Positions 18,074 to 26,487 of a stretch of DNA of 64,000 nt are shown here, one piece after another. Made by a program: the position numbers and the translations under genes. The stretch's first letter is position 1; each line of letters begins with the position of its first letter. Under the pieces are notes generated by a model, which did no database searches, was not told the origin of the DNA, and was given only the letters and a program-made list of their open reading frames with translations. The stretch comes from an uncultured Thermococci archaeon (GTDB lineage: Archaea; CAYQAE01; CAYVLA01), in assembly GCA_964549615.1 (NCBI GenBank), contig CAZJVP010000051.1:88485-152484 (forward strand), read 5' to 3'.

Positions 18074-19414
18074 TCAGGTCTTCTGTGCATGTAGCTTGGT
18101 TGTGTGGACCTCTCTCCATAGCCTGCGGCGCACCATAACCGACCACAGCACGAAGCCCGTCACCACTGCCGTTGCGGTCACCGTCAACCATTCGATCACA
18201 TATACCCAGAGGAGGGCGCGGTCCTTGAGTTCCATGGCGTCTTTCTCTATCTCGCCAAGCGCTTCGTGGGCCTGCTCGTAGGCCTCAACCACATCCTCGA
18301 AGCGAAGCTCAAGATAGGCGGGCAGGGCGTCGAGCGCGATGCGGTTTGCTTCGTCCAACCTCATATTGATCGAGTTCGTGTTTGCGCCGAAGGAGTCGCA
18401 GAATTCCAGAAGGCCGACCAAGAGCGACTTCCGGGTGCCGAACTCGAACATGCTCTTCCTCACTCGATGGACAAGCTCCACATCCTGGGGCACGGGCCGC
18501 CGATCGAGGTAGATCATGAGGTTGGCACCGAAGTCCAGGGCGTATTCCCAGGGGTCGCCAGGAGTGCACATGGTGTGCAACTGGTAGGGCTCGGAACTGG
18601 GCCCGAAGATCTCGCCCGTGATCGAGAAGGTTCGGCCCCCGCCCGGCAGATCCCAGGTGACGAAGCCCGGGTCATCCTTGTACCCGGGTCCCTCGACGTG
18701 TGCCAGCACCAAGGATCCCGGCTTCGCCTTCACCAGGTTGTGGTGGTAGTTGTACATGAAAGGCTGGGTCCTGTCCCATGGCAGGCTGCTCATGAACTCG
18801 TGATCGGGCATGTCGATGACGAGTGTGTGGACGTTGGCCGGGCGGTGGATGTAGATGTTGCCCGCATCCTCGGTGGGAAGCAGCTGGCCTATGGCCGAGT
18901 CGCCCCAGGGCGGCCTCCCGAACGCGCCGCCGAAGCTCTCCCACCCACCCACCATGACAAGTCCCATGCCGGCCTCCCGCACGCCACGCGCCAGCATCTC
19001 GATGTGCGTCGGTGGGATCGCTTCCCTGTTTGCGTTGGACAGGATGATGACATCGAAGCGGGATGTCAGGTCCGAAAAGGACCGTGGCATATACAGCCTC
19101 ACGATCCTGTAGATCTCGCCCTCACCCTTGGTGGCCTGGATGGGCGCCAGGGCGGCCCAGTCGCGGAGCGTTGCCTGGACGAAGTTGATCGAGAAGAGGG
19201 GATCGGACCTCATCCACCAGATCGGCGTGGAACGGGCAAGGCAGCCGGCGTAAAGCACCCCTATTCTTCCGTCCTGAAGGGCCGTCGTCGTTGAGAGAGC
19301 CGCTTGAAGGGCAAGGAGCACGGCAGCCGCTAGGGCTGGGCGGCAGCCAAGCTTGTGAGCGAAGCCTGCCTGCAGCGACACAGGGGTCGTGCGGCTGACG
19401 GCGGCCATGCTCAC
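18074..19414 (-). CDS. GATase1-like domain surface protein, paralog 3
   Basis: Same motif set as paralogs 1 and 2. Confidence 0.85.
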   Translation of the reverse strand: MSMAAVSRTTPVSLQAGFAHKLGCRPALAAAVLLALQAALSTTTALQDGRIGVLYAGCLARSTPIWWMRSDPLFSINFVQATLRDWAALAPIQATKGEGEIYRIVRLYMPRSFSDLTSRFDVIILSNANREAIPPTHIEMLARGVREAGMGLVMVGGWESFGGAFGRPPWGDSAIGQLLPTEDAGNIYIHRPANVHTLVIDMPDHEFMSSLPWDRTQPFMYNYHHNLVKAKPGSLVLAHVEGPGYKDDPGFVTWDLPGGGRTFSITGEIFGPSSEPYQLHTMCTPGDPWEYALDFGANLMIYLDRRPVPQDVELVHRVRKSMFEFGTRKSLLVGLLEFCDSFGANTNSINMRLDEANRIALDALPAYLELRFEDVVEAYEQAHEALGEIEKDAMELKDRALLWVYVIEWLTVTATAVVTGFVLWSVMVRRRLWREVHTTKLHAQKT

Positions 19415-19650
19415 CGGGTTGGGCTTCGGAGTTTTAACGCTTTGCGGTCCTCATTTCACCGGGTTCCTGGTTCCTGGATGTGATGAGCGATGCGCCTTCA
19501 AGATGCATGTGGTTCGATGGTCTCCAGGCTCTGGTCGGAAACGACGTGACACCCGCTGACAGCTCGCCGCTGGTTTGATGGAGTTTGTCGAAGGATCGAA
19601 GACATATTCGGGCGGGGTTCCGACCTCGGAAGTCCTCGAGGCGCACGGGC

Positions 19651-19722
19651 CTTGGCACGGGTTGACCTCTTGGCACGGGTTGACCTCTTGGCACGGGTTG
19701 ACCTCTTGGCACGAGTTGACCC
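19651..19722 (+). repeat. 18-bp tandem repeat x4 (CTTGGCACGGGTTGACCT)
   Basis: Three perfect copies plus one with 2 mismatches, no spacers. Confidence 0.95.
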
Positions 19723-19978
19723 CATAAACGCAAAGCCAAGCCGGTCCAATCTTCTTCAAGTTGGACGACGCTTTGGCCGGCGATTTCATACTCTTCTTCT
19801 GGCAGGGCGTCTACGATTTCTTCCGCCTGAGGGTCCCAGAGGCACCAAGCTCAAGGTCGAGGGGATTCGGTGGCCCACGGGTCGGCCAGAGATCAGTCCC
19901 GTTCCGCAATTGGCCAAAATTCTGTTTCTGGGCCGGATATCTCGCACATCAATCCTATTTGAAGCTTTTCTAATTATG

Positions 19979-20014
19979 CATAGAAAGAGTTTTGAGGTCC
20001 CTATGTTTTCTATG
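19979..20014. promoter_or_regulatory. Inverted repeat (CATAGAAA-N20-TTTCTATG), putative operator upstream of second TA-like pair
   Basis: 8-bp perfect IR between an AT-rich promoter-like tract (19961-19980) and ATG 20029. Confidence 0.45.
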
Positions 20015-20028
20015 GTTGGTTGGAAAAG

Positions 20029-20433
20029 ATGGGGAAAGCCGAGAGGAAGGTGCTGATCAAGTACGACTCGAAGGGGGTGGGCCCGGACTTTTGGCAGAAG
20101 CTCTATGGCTACTCCAAAGGCAAGTACCGTTACCCCGGACTTCTGGACGATGTGCCCGGAGCTGTGAGGATGGCCAAGGGGCTCATTGCGGTTCCGGAGG
20201 TGCAGGCGGAGAGGATCAAACGCTTCCTAAGAGAACAGGGCGCTACGTTTGAGGAGCAGGGGACGGTGGCACCGGCAATCGAGGCTCCGGGGCTTCTCCG
20301 CTGGGATCTCGCCCGGCACGTCCTTCACGAGAGGCTGGAAGGCTTGGGGGAGGAGATGGACAGATTGGGCCCCTTCATCAAGGCCGTTTCGACAAGGGAC
20401 GCCCTTGAGGACTTGGAGAGGTATGGCTACTGA
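20029..20433 (+). CDS. Putative antitoxin partner with Cas2/VapD-like N-terminal domain
   Basis: VLIKYD strand-Asp motif, KLYGY..Y.YPGLL, alternating beta/alpha pattern; overlaps downstream PIN gene. Confidence 0.6.
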   Translation: MGKAERKVLIKYDSKGVGPDFWQKLYGYSKGKYRYPGLLDDVPGAVRMAKGLIAVPEVQAERIKRFLREQGATFEEQGTVAPAIEAPGLLRWDLARHVLHERLEGLGEEMDRLGPFIKAVSTRDALEDLERYGY

Positions 20434-20932
20434 GGTCGTGCTCGATACCAGCTACCTGCTGGCCTGGCACAGGGAGAACGATAGGCTTCATCCCAGGGCC
20501 GAGAAGATCCAGGAGAGCCTTGCGAGGGCAAAGCCGGTTCGCATCATCCTTGATTGCGTTTACTCCGAACTGATCGCCGTCCTGGCTAGAACAAGGGTCA
20601 GGGAGGAGGGAAAGGCACGGGAATTCCTGGAGGAGGAAAGGAAGCTGAGGCAGGTCTACTGGCCTAGGCTTGTCTGGATGACGTATATTGGAGGTAAAGA
20701 CCTCATAAAGCGTGCCCTGGATGTGACGAGGGAGGCCGCCGAGAAATACGGGGTCGGGATCTCGCCCAACGACGCTATGCTCCTGATCTTCTGCCGGGAG
20801 AGGCACGTCCCGTTTCTGGTGAGCTTCGATAGAAGCCTTGGGCAGGTTGAGACGGTTGAGGGTAAGAAGTCGGAGGTCACGGTCGTGGACGATTCCAACA
20901 GGGAGGTTTTGCTAAGGCCAGGGAGTGTATGA
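20423..20932 (+). CDS. vapC: PIN-domain ribonuclease toxin
   Basis: VVLDTSYL, VYSE, SPNDA, LVSFD. Confidence 0.85.
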   Translation: MATEVVLDTSYLLAWHRENDRLHPRAEKIQESLARAKPVRIILDCVYSELIAVLARTRVREEGKAREFLEEERKLRQVYWPRLVWMTYIGGKDLIKRALDVTREAAEKYGVGISPNDAMLLIFCRERHVPFLVSFDRSLGQVETVEGKKSEVTVVDDSNREVLLRPGSV

Positions 20933-21130
20933 CCGGAACCCCGTCGAGCCAGGGAGCGTCCTCGCCGGGCGAAAAAGTCTGGCTCTGCACGAGAGCCGGT
21001 TGACTGCCGCCGCGCCCTTGACGGGAGATCGGGCTCCTTGCCCCTGCTGGCCAGACAGCCCCCAGTAAAGGTTCGGCACCGCAGCGTCCCCTACGATGGC
21101 TTCGGTGCACATCCTGTTACGGTGGGTTCG

Positions 21131-22636
21131 CTATTTCTTCAGAATTGCGGGCTGCGTGGAAAGCGTGAAGGGCTTGCCGTCTCTCTCGAAGTCCGCCTCC
21201 CCGAACACGGCAACGTTCTTGTCGGCGGGCCGCTCGATGGTCACCCGAAGCACGCCCTCTTCGCTCGCCATTTCCACCGGCTCCCATCTCTCCGGGCGGA
21301 AGTCCATGCTGTCGGCCTTGGCAACCCAGGCCCGGCCCCTCTTTGCCTCTTTGGCCTTGATCGTCAGCGTTAGCGTATCTCCCCTGGCCTTCCGCATCCA
21401 CGAAATCTCTGGCATGCTGTCGCCTCCCGCCACGGTGCGGAAGAAGGCGCTCAAGGTGTTGAGAACCCTCGTCATGCCCGGCTCAAGGCTGTGGCCGGCG
21501 TTGGGCACGTAAAGCACATACTTGGGCCCGACTAGGCCATCCCAATATAGGTTCAGGGCATCCGTGGTCCAGTAACGGTCATTTGAGCCGAGGATGATGA
21601 GTTTCGGGACGGCGATAATCTTCCTGTAGGAGTACGGATCGACCGCCTGCCAAAGCGCCTTTCCCCGCCGGCTACTGAAACTCTCCGTGAGCCCCTTCGA
21701 GGAGTAGTCCGAGATCTGCTCGCTGTAGCTCCCCCACATCTCCAACTGGTGCTTCATCTGTTTGGGCATGTTCAGCACGTCGATCACCGCGGGCGCGATG
21801 GCCTTTACTCGCCTACCCCCGTCCACCGCCGCCGTCAGCCACGTTGTCCAACCCCTCTTCGACGCGCCGAAGACCACGAAGCCGCATATCTTCTCCTGCC
21901 ACTCCTGTTTTGCATGCTCTTGCAGCGCATCCATCGCTCTGAGTGCGCTCTTCACCATCGGGAAGAGCAGCGGCCAGGTCGGGTCGCCGTCCTTCAAGTA
22001 CTGCTGGAAAGTGTGCGAAATGATCTCATCCTCAATCATCCCGCCGAAAAGCGGCTGGTTTGGCACGTGGCTGAGCATCGCGACCGGCGCCCCCACCGAA
22101 CGCGCTAGCCCCATCGCGAGAACATCTTCTTTCCGCTCCTCGCCCGGCTTCGGTTCTCCTGATCCGCCGCCGATCAGCAGTCCCATCCAACCCGGGAAAC
22201 TCACCTGGGCCGGTCTCGCTATCCGCAACAGGTGCTTCCAGGCCATGCCTCGCCACATCTGGGAGGTCAAGACGATGTCGCTCAGCGAGCCGCCCGCAAC
22301 CTCCTTCGATGGTCCCTTCTTCCAATCGAAGGTGGGGTCCGGGGCATTCGCGTAATCAAACAGCATCTCCGCAGGCGCCCCGGCAAATCGGGACCCGGCC
22401 GTCGTCGTTAGCAGGCTGCTGAGGGCTAGGGTGAACGGAGAATTCAAAGTGGTCCTTGGTCCGGCCAGCTTTTCGTGCCCCTTGGACAGACGTGGGCAGG
22501 AATGCTTGGCGGGCGAGACGTGGCTATGGCAGAAGGTCACCTTGCAGAGCCTGTAACGGACCGGCTTGAGGAGCAGCTTGCCGCACTCGAAACGCCCGTG
22601 TCCAGTGTTTTCGTCAGGGGTTGCCCTCCGTTCCAT
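21131..22636 (-). CDS. PhoPQ-activated pathogenicity-related (PqaA) alpha/beta hydrolase with degenerate N-terminal AN1-like zinc finger
   Basis: LTSQ.W, W.H, VPNQPL, GASKRGWTTWLTA, VDPYSY, PNAGH. Confidence 0.88.
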   Translation of the reverse strand: MERRATPDENTGHGRFECGKLLLKPVRYRLCKVTFCHSHVSPAKHSCPRLSKGHEKLAGPRTTLNSPFTLALSSLLTTTAGSRFAGAPAEMLFDYANAPDPTFDWKKGPSKEVAGGSLSDIVLTSQMWRGMAWKHLLRIARPAQVSFPGWMGLLIGGGSGEPKPGEERKEDVLAMGLARSVGAPVAMLSHVPNQPLFGGMIEDEIISHTFQQYLKDGDPTWPLLFPMVKSALRAMDALQEHAKQEWQEKICGFVVFGASKRGWTTWLTAAVDGGRRVKAIAPAVIDVLNMPKQMKHQLEMWGSYSEQISDYSSKGLTESFSSRRGKALWQAVDPYSYRKIIAVPKLIILGSNDRYWTTDALNLYWDGLVGPKYVLYVPNAGHSLEPGMTRVLNTLSAFFRTVAGGDSMPEISWMRKARGDTLTLTIKAKEAKRGRAWVAKADSMDFRPERWEPVEMASEEGVLRVTIERPADKNVAVFGEADFERDGKPFTLSTQPAILKK

Positions 22637-22910
22637 GGTCGGCAGAGGGAATGTCCAGGACTTTTCAATGTAACAGTTCCTCGTCTCGACAAAACGAGAT
22701 GCATGGTCCAGTGCTCTCGTCCAGCCTCGTCGGTCTCCGACAGGGTGGACTTTCTGTACCTGGCGACATGTGCCTTTCGCTGTGGTAAGGTCCCCTGAAG
22801 AGGGTGGGAATCCAGCACAGCCGGCGTGCAGGAATCTACGAACCGGTCAGACAACCCGTCACACAGACCGACAAGAAGGAGCATTCGGTGATCATTCATC
22901 TTGGGCCTAG

Positions 22911-22984
22911 AGCCCCGGGCGGGATTCGGACCCGCGACCTCCTGCTTACCAAGCAGGCGCCATAGCCGACTAAGCCACCGGGGC
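22911..22984 (-). tRNA. tRNA-Thr(GGT), no encoded CCA, atypical T-loop (TCCGAAT)
   Basis: Cloverleaf: acceptor GCCCCGG/CCGGGGC, anticodon arm CCTGC-TTGGTAA-GCAGG, T arm GCGGG-TCCGAAT-CCCGC. Confidence 0.92.
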
Positions 22985-23788
22985 ACACCTGGCTATGCCG
23001 TCAAGAAGCGTCTTTCTAAGGGCAAGTGCCAGTTCCAGCCCCCTTCCGGATGCGTCTAAAAACTCTTTTGCCCTGAGCAGCGAATCGCCCTCGACCCGGA
23101 AGCGTACATGAGGATACTCGATTTCCCATAGTATCAAGTTCTCAGGGGGTGCAGGCTTGAGGGCCAAATGCGTTCGGCCAGCAAGCGCGTCCCGGACTCT
23201 GCTCTCCTCAAGACGGTTTGTGGCGACGAGTTCGATCGCGGAGACGATCTTGCGCACCTGCGCCCAGAGGAATCCTTTGGCTCGGAAGTACAGCCGAGGA
23301 GGATTCGTCCTCTCGACGTGGATTTCCTCGATCTCCCTGACCGTCGCACGTTGGGAGGGCCGGCTAAACTGGGCGAAGTCATGTTCGCCCAAGAATATTC
23401 TGCAGGCGGATTCGAGTGCCGACACATCAACATGGGGGTTGTGGAAGAGGTAAAGGTAGGTTTTCGACGTCGCATGCGTCCGCGGGCTAAAGCTGTCGGG
23501 GACGTCGGCCCACGCCCAGGCGAAGATGTCACGGGGGAGCTTCGAGTTCAGCCTCTTGACGATCGCCTTTGCCGGGTCCATGGGGCGAAAGGCTACGACC
23601 TGGCCCAAGGCGCTGACGCCCCGGTCGGTCCTGCCCGCCGAGGCAAACTCCGATTTGCGTGGGTCAAGGATCAATCCGCAGTCCTTCAGTGCACGGATGA
23701 CGCAGCCCTCAACCGTCGATCTGTCCGGCTGCCGCTGATAGCCATAGTAGTTCTGACCGACGTAGCCAAACTTCACCGCAACCTTCAT
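22970..23788 (-). CDS. truA: tRNA pseudouridine(38-40) synthase
   Basis: GYQRQP, TVEG, AGRTDRGVSALGQV, GEHDF, FLWAQVR. Confidence 0.95.
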   Translation of the reverse strand: MKVAVKFGYVGQNYYGYQRQPDRSTVEGCVIRALKDCGLILDPRKSEFASAGRTDRGVSALGQVVAFRPMDPAKAIVKRLNSKLPRDIFAWAWADVPDSFSPRTHATSKTYLYLFHNPHVDVSALESACRIFLGEHDFAQFSRPSQRATVREIEEIHVERTNPPRLYFRAKGFLWAQVRKIVSAIELVATNRLEESRVRDALAGRTHLALKPAPPENLILWEIEYPHVRFRVEGDSLLRAKEFLDASGRGLELALALRKTLLDGIARCAPVA

Positions 23789-23801
23789 GGAGGCTCACAT
23801 T

Positions 23802-25040
23802 CTAACGGAGGGAGAGAATCAGGATTATGATCGCAATGCTGATGAAGGCGACGCTCATGACCCTGCCGAGGACCATGCCGATCACTATCACCGCCCCGGC
23901 CGTCGCGCCCATATTGGTGAATGCCGCAACAAGCAGGACCTTGGTCAGCCTGTTGGTCCAGAACGTGCTCACCTTCCTTATCTCCCTCAGGCCGTGGAAG
24001 TCCTTGACTTGGGGAGGGTTGACGAGGATCTGCACGTAGCCCGATATCCAACCCGTGGCGATTAGGGGATTGAGGATGCCGAATGGGGCAGCGATGAAGG
24101 CTGCGGCGATCGCTAGGGGATGTGCTAGGGCCGCGAGGGCGCCAAGGGCAGACAGGCCACCTCCGATCAAGAGGAGCTTCTCCATGATCTCCAGGAACTT
24201 GGGCCAACCTTGTGAGTAGATAGTCCAGATGAAGATGGCAAGGAAGGCGACCGGAATCAGATATCCCGCGAGCTTCAGCGAGAAGACGCTGCTTGGGATC
24301 TTCTCGAGCTCGGCGAGGTCCGCTTCCCGCCCGCGCTGCAGGTTTTCCACAAGGCCGTTGAGGTGCCCGGCGCCCACCACGGCGACGATGGTCCGGCCCG
24401 GACTCGCCTCGGCGAGCTGGCGCAACCTGCCTGCGATGTAGAGGTCCCTCTCATCCACCAAAACCTCCTTGGCCTTGGGAGCCAGCTTGCCCAGCTCCTC
24501 CATCATCTCGGTGATAATGTCCTGCCTCTTGAGCATCTCGATGTCGATCTGCTGCGCATCTGAGGCCCCCAAGAGGCCGTAGACGAGCTCCCTGAAGATC
24601 CTGAACTTCTCGCGAAGGCTCATCTTGTTCCAAGCTCGCCTCAAGGTGACGGCGATCTTTCGGTCAACGAGGGCTATCTGCGCCCCGATCTCTTTGGCCG
24701 CGCCTATTGCCTCCAGCATCTCGGATCCGGGCTCAACCCCGAACTCCTCTCCGATGCTCCTTTGCAGCATCGCAAGGAATGATTGCCCGAGGAAGAAGTA
24801 GGGTTGCTCGCCGCGGAGAAGCTTCGTCAAGGGGGTCTGTTCCCAGCTCTTCTTGTCCAAGAGCACCTTGTACCGCGGTTCGCACAGCTCCACTGCCACG
24901 ATCTGCGGTTTCTCTTCGAGTATGATCCTCCTGACCTCCTGCACGCTCTGCCTGGAGATGTGTGCGGTGCCGAGTAGGATCACATTGCTCTCGCCGACCG
25001 ATATCTTTCGGACGTTGGAGTGTGCCACCGCGTCGTCCAC
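23802..25040 (-). CDS. TraB/GumN family protein (pheromone-shutdown TraB-like)
   Basis: LGTAH.S..S, VAVELC..R, PG.EM, LVDERD, VVGAGH, C-terminal TM helices. Confidence 0.92.
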   Translation of the reverse strand: MDDAVAHSNVRKISVGESNVILLGTAHISRQSVQEVRRIILEEKPQIVAVELCEPRYKVLLDKKSWEQTPLTKLLRGEQPYFFLGQSFLAMLQRSIGEEFGVEPGSEMLEAIGAAKEIGAQIALVDRKIAVTLRRAWNKMSLREKFRIFRELVYGLLGASDAQQIDIEMLKRQDIITEMMEELGKLAPKAKEVLVDERDLYIAGRLRQLAEASPGRTIVAVVGAGHLNGLVENLQRGREADLAELEKIPSSVFSLKLAGYLIPVAFLAIFIWTIYSQGWPKFLEIMEKLLLIGGGLSALGALAALAHPLAIAAAFIAAPFGILNPLIATGWISGYVQILVNPPQVKDFHGLREIRKVSTFWTNRLTKVLLVAAFTNMGATAGAVIVIGMVLGRVMSVAFISIAIIILILSLR

Positions 25041-25193
25041 GAAGGCTCGCCTGACCGGGATGGCTTGCGGCTTGGACCCGGTTAAATCTTTTCGGACGTC
25101 TTGGGGTGTGCACCTCGGTTGCTCCGCGCCAGGCGGCGGCGGAAGGCCCGAGCATTGCTAAAAGAATTATATCCCAAGGCGCTTCCGAGAGGC

Positions 25194-26312
25194 GTGGACG
25201 CGGTCCTTCTTGCGGCGGGAAAGGGGACGAGGCTGAGGCCGCTGACGGTTAATCGTCCCAAGCCGCTTGTCCCCGTCGCGAACAGACCGGTCATGGAGTA
25301 CCAGCTGAGACTCCTGGAGAATGCCGGGTTCGACAGGGTGATCATCCCGGTGGGATACCTGGCAGACCAGATCGTAAGCTATGTAGAATCCTTCGAAAGC
25401 GGGCTTGAGTTCGAGTTCTCGTTTGATAACATCCCGCTTGGGACGGCGGGGTCTGTGGCGAAACTGCGGGATCGCCTGAACGAGACCTTTCTCGTCATTA
25501 GCGGCGATCTATTGGTTGACCTCGATGTCGGCCAGCTGATGGGATTCCACGCACAGACCAGAGCCTCGGTGACCATTGCGCTGACCCGAGTGGAGGATCC
25601 CACCCAGTACGGGATCGCGCTCCTTGAGGGCTCGCGCATATCCAGCTTCGCGGAGAAGCCGGAGCCATCGAAGGTCTTCAGCAACCTGGTGAACGCCGGC
25701 ATCTACGTAATGGAGCCGGAGGTCTTGGACGAGGTCCCGCCGAACGCCCAGTTCGATTTCTCGCTCGACCTCTTTCCCTCGATCATCGATCGCCGGTATC
25801 TGGCCGGCCATCTCTTGGGCGGCTACTGGAACGACATAGGAAGGCCAAGCAGCTACCTACAGGCCAACGGGGACGCCCTCTTGGGCAGGTTCCCCATGGA
25901 AAAGTTCGTTCGGGATCCGATGGTGCCAAGCAAGGTGACCCCCGTCATGGGAAGGAGCTCCACACTGGGCGATGTCGACATATCGGGCCCGGTCCTGCTC
26001 GGCGAGAACTGCCTCGTAGAGGGAGGTTCGGCACTGCGGAGCTTCGTCGTGCTGGGCAACGATGTCTCGGTGGGAAAGGGTTGCGTCTTGGACTCCGTGG
26101 TGGTGCACGAAGGCACCACGATCGGATCCTCGGCCGACGTGAGGCACTGCATAGTCGGCCGCGAGTGTGTGATATCGGACGATGTCGAGCTCGCGGAAGG
26201 AACGGTGATCGGCGACCATACGAGGATCGGCCGCGGCTGCCGGATAGGGGCGAACATGAAGATCTGGGCCGGGAGCACCCTCGGCGCCAACACGGTCATC
26301 ACGCCTGACTGA
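25194..26312 (+). CDS. NDP-sugar pyrophosphorylase (mannose-1-phosphate guanylyltransferase-like)
   Basis: LAAGKGTRLRPLT..PKPLVP, LGTAG, EKP, WNDIG, hexapeptide-repeat tail; TATA-like upstream. Confidence 0.92.
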   Translation: MDAVLLAAGKGTRLRPLTVNRPKPLVPVANRPVMEYQLRLLENAGFDRVIIPVGYLADQIVSYVESFESGLEFEFSFDNIPLGTAGSVAKLRDRLNETFLVISGDLLVDLDVGQLMGFHAQTRASVTIALTRVEDPTQYGIALLEGSRISSFAEKPEPSKVFSNLVNAGIYVMEPEVLDEVPPNAQFDFSLDLFPSIIDRRYLAGHLLGGYWNDIGRPSSYLQANGDALLGRFPMEKFVRDPMVPSKVTPVMGRSSTLGDVDISGPVLLGENCLVEGGSALRSFVVLGNDVSVGKGCVLDSVVVHEGTTIGSSADVRHCIVGRECVISDDVELAEGTVIGDHTRIGRGCRIGANMKIWAGSTLGANTVITPD

Positions 26313-26487
26313 GGGGTGTTGGGCTTGTACGCTGTCTGGACGGTCGATTCTTGTGGCCTTCGGGAAAGCACCTCGAGTCACCTCGAGTGCGATGATCCCG
26401 CAGTGGCGCGCAGCCTAGAGGGGGCCCGAAACCCTTATCTGTCGAACGGGTCGAGCCCCGCCAAGGATAATTCAGCACAGTGATTGG

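Noticed and set aside
18266-19294. Long antisense ORFs (also 29401-30372, 46156-47118, 50101-50931, 54171-54962)
   Set aside because: They lie opposite well-supported genes, have no motifs, and are expected in high-GC DNA.
19651-19722. 18-bp repeats near a Cas2-like gene as a CRISPR array
   Set aside because: Units are directly adjacent with no spacers and are too short; no cas1 or other cas genes.
26369-26388. Tandem CACCTCGAGT x2
   Set aside because: Only two short copies, with no supporting context.
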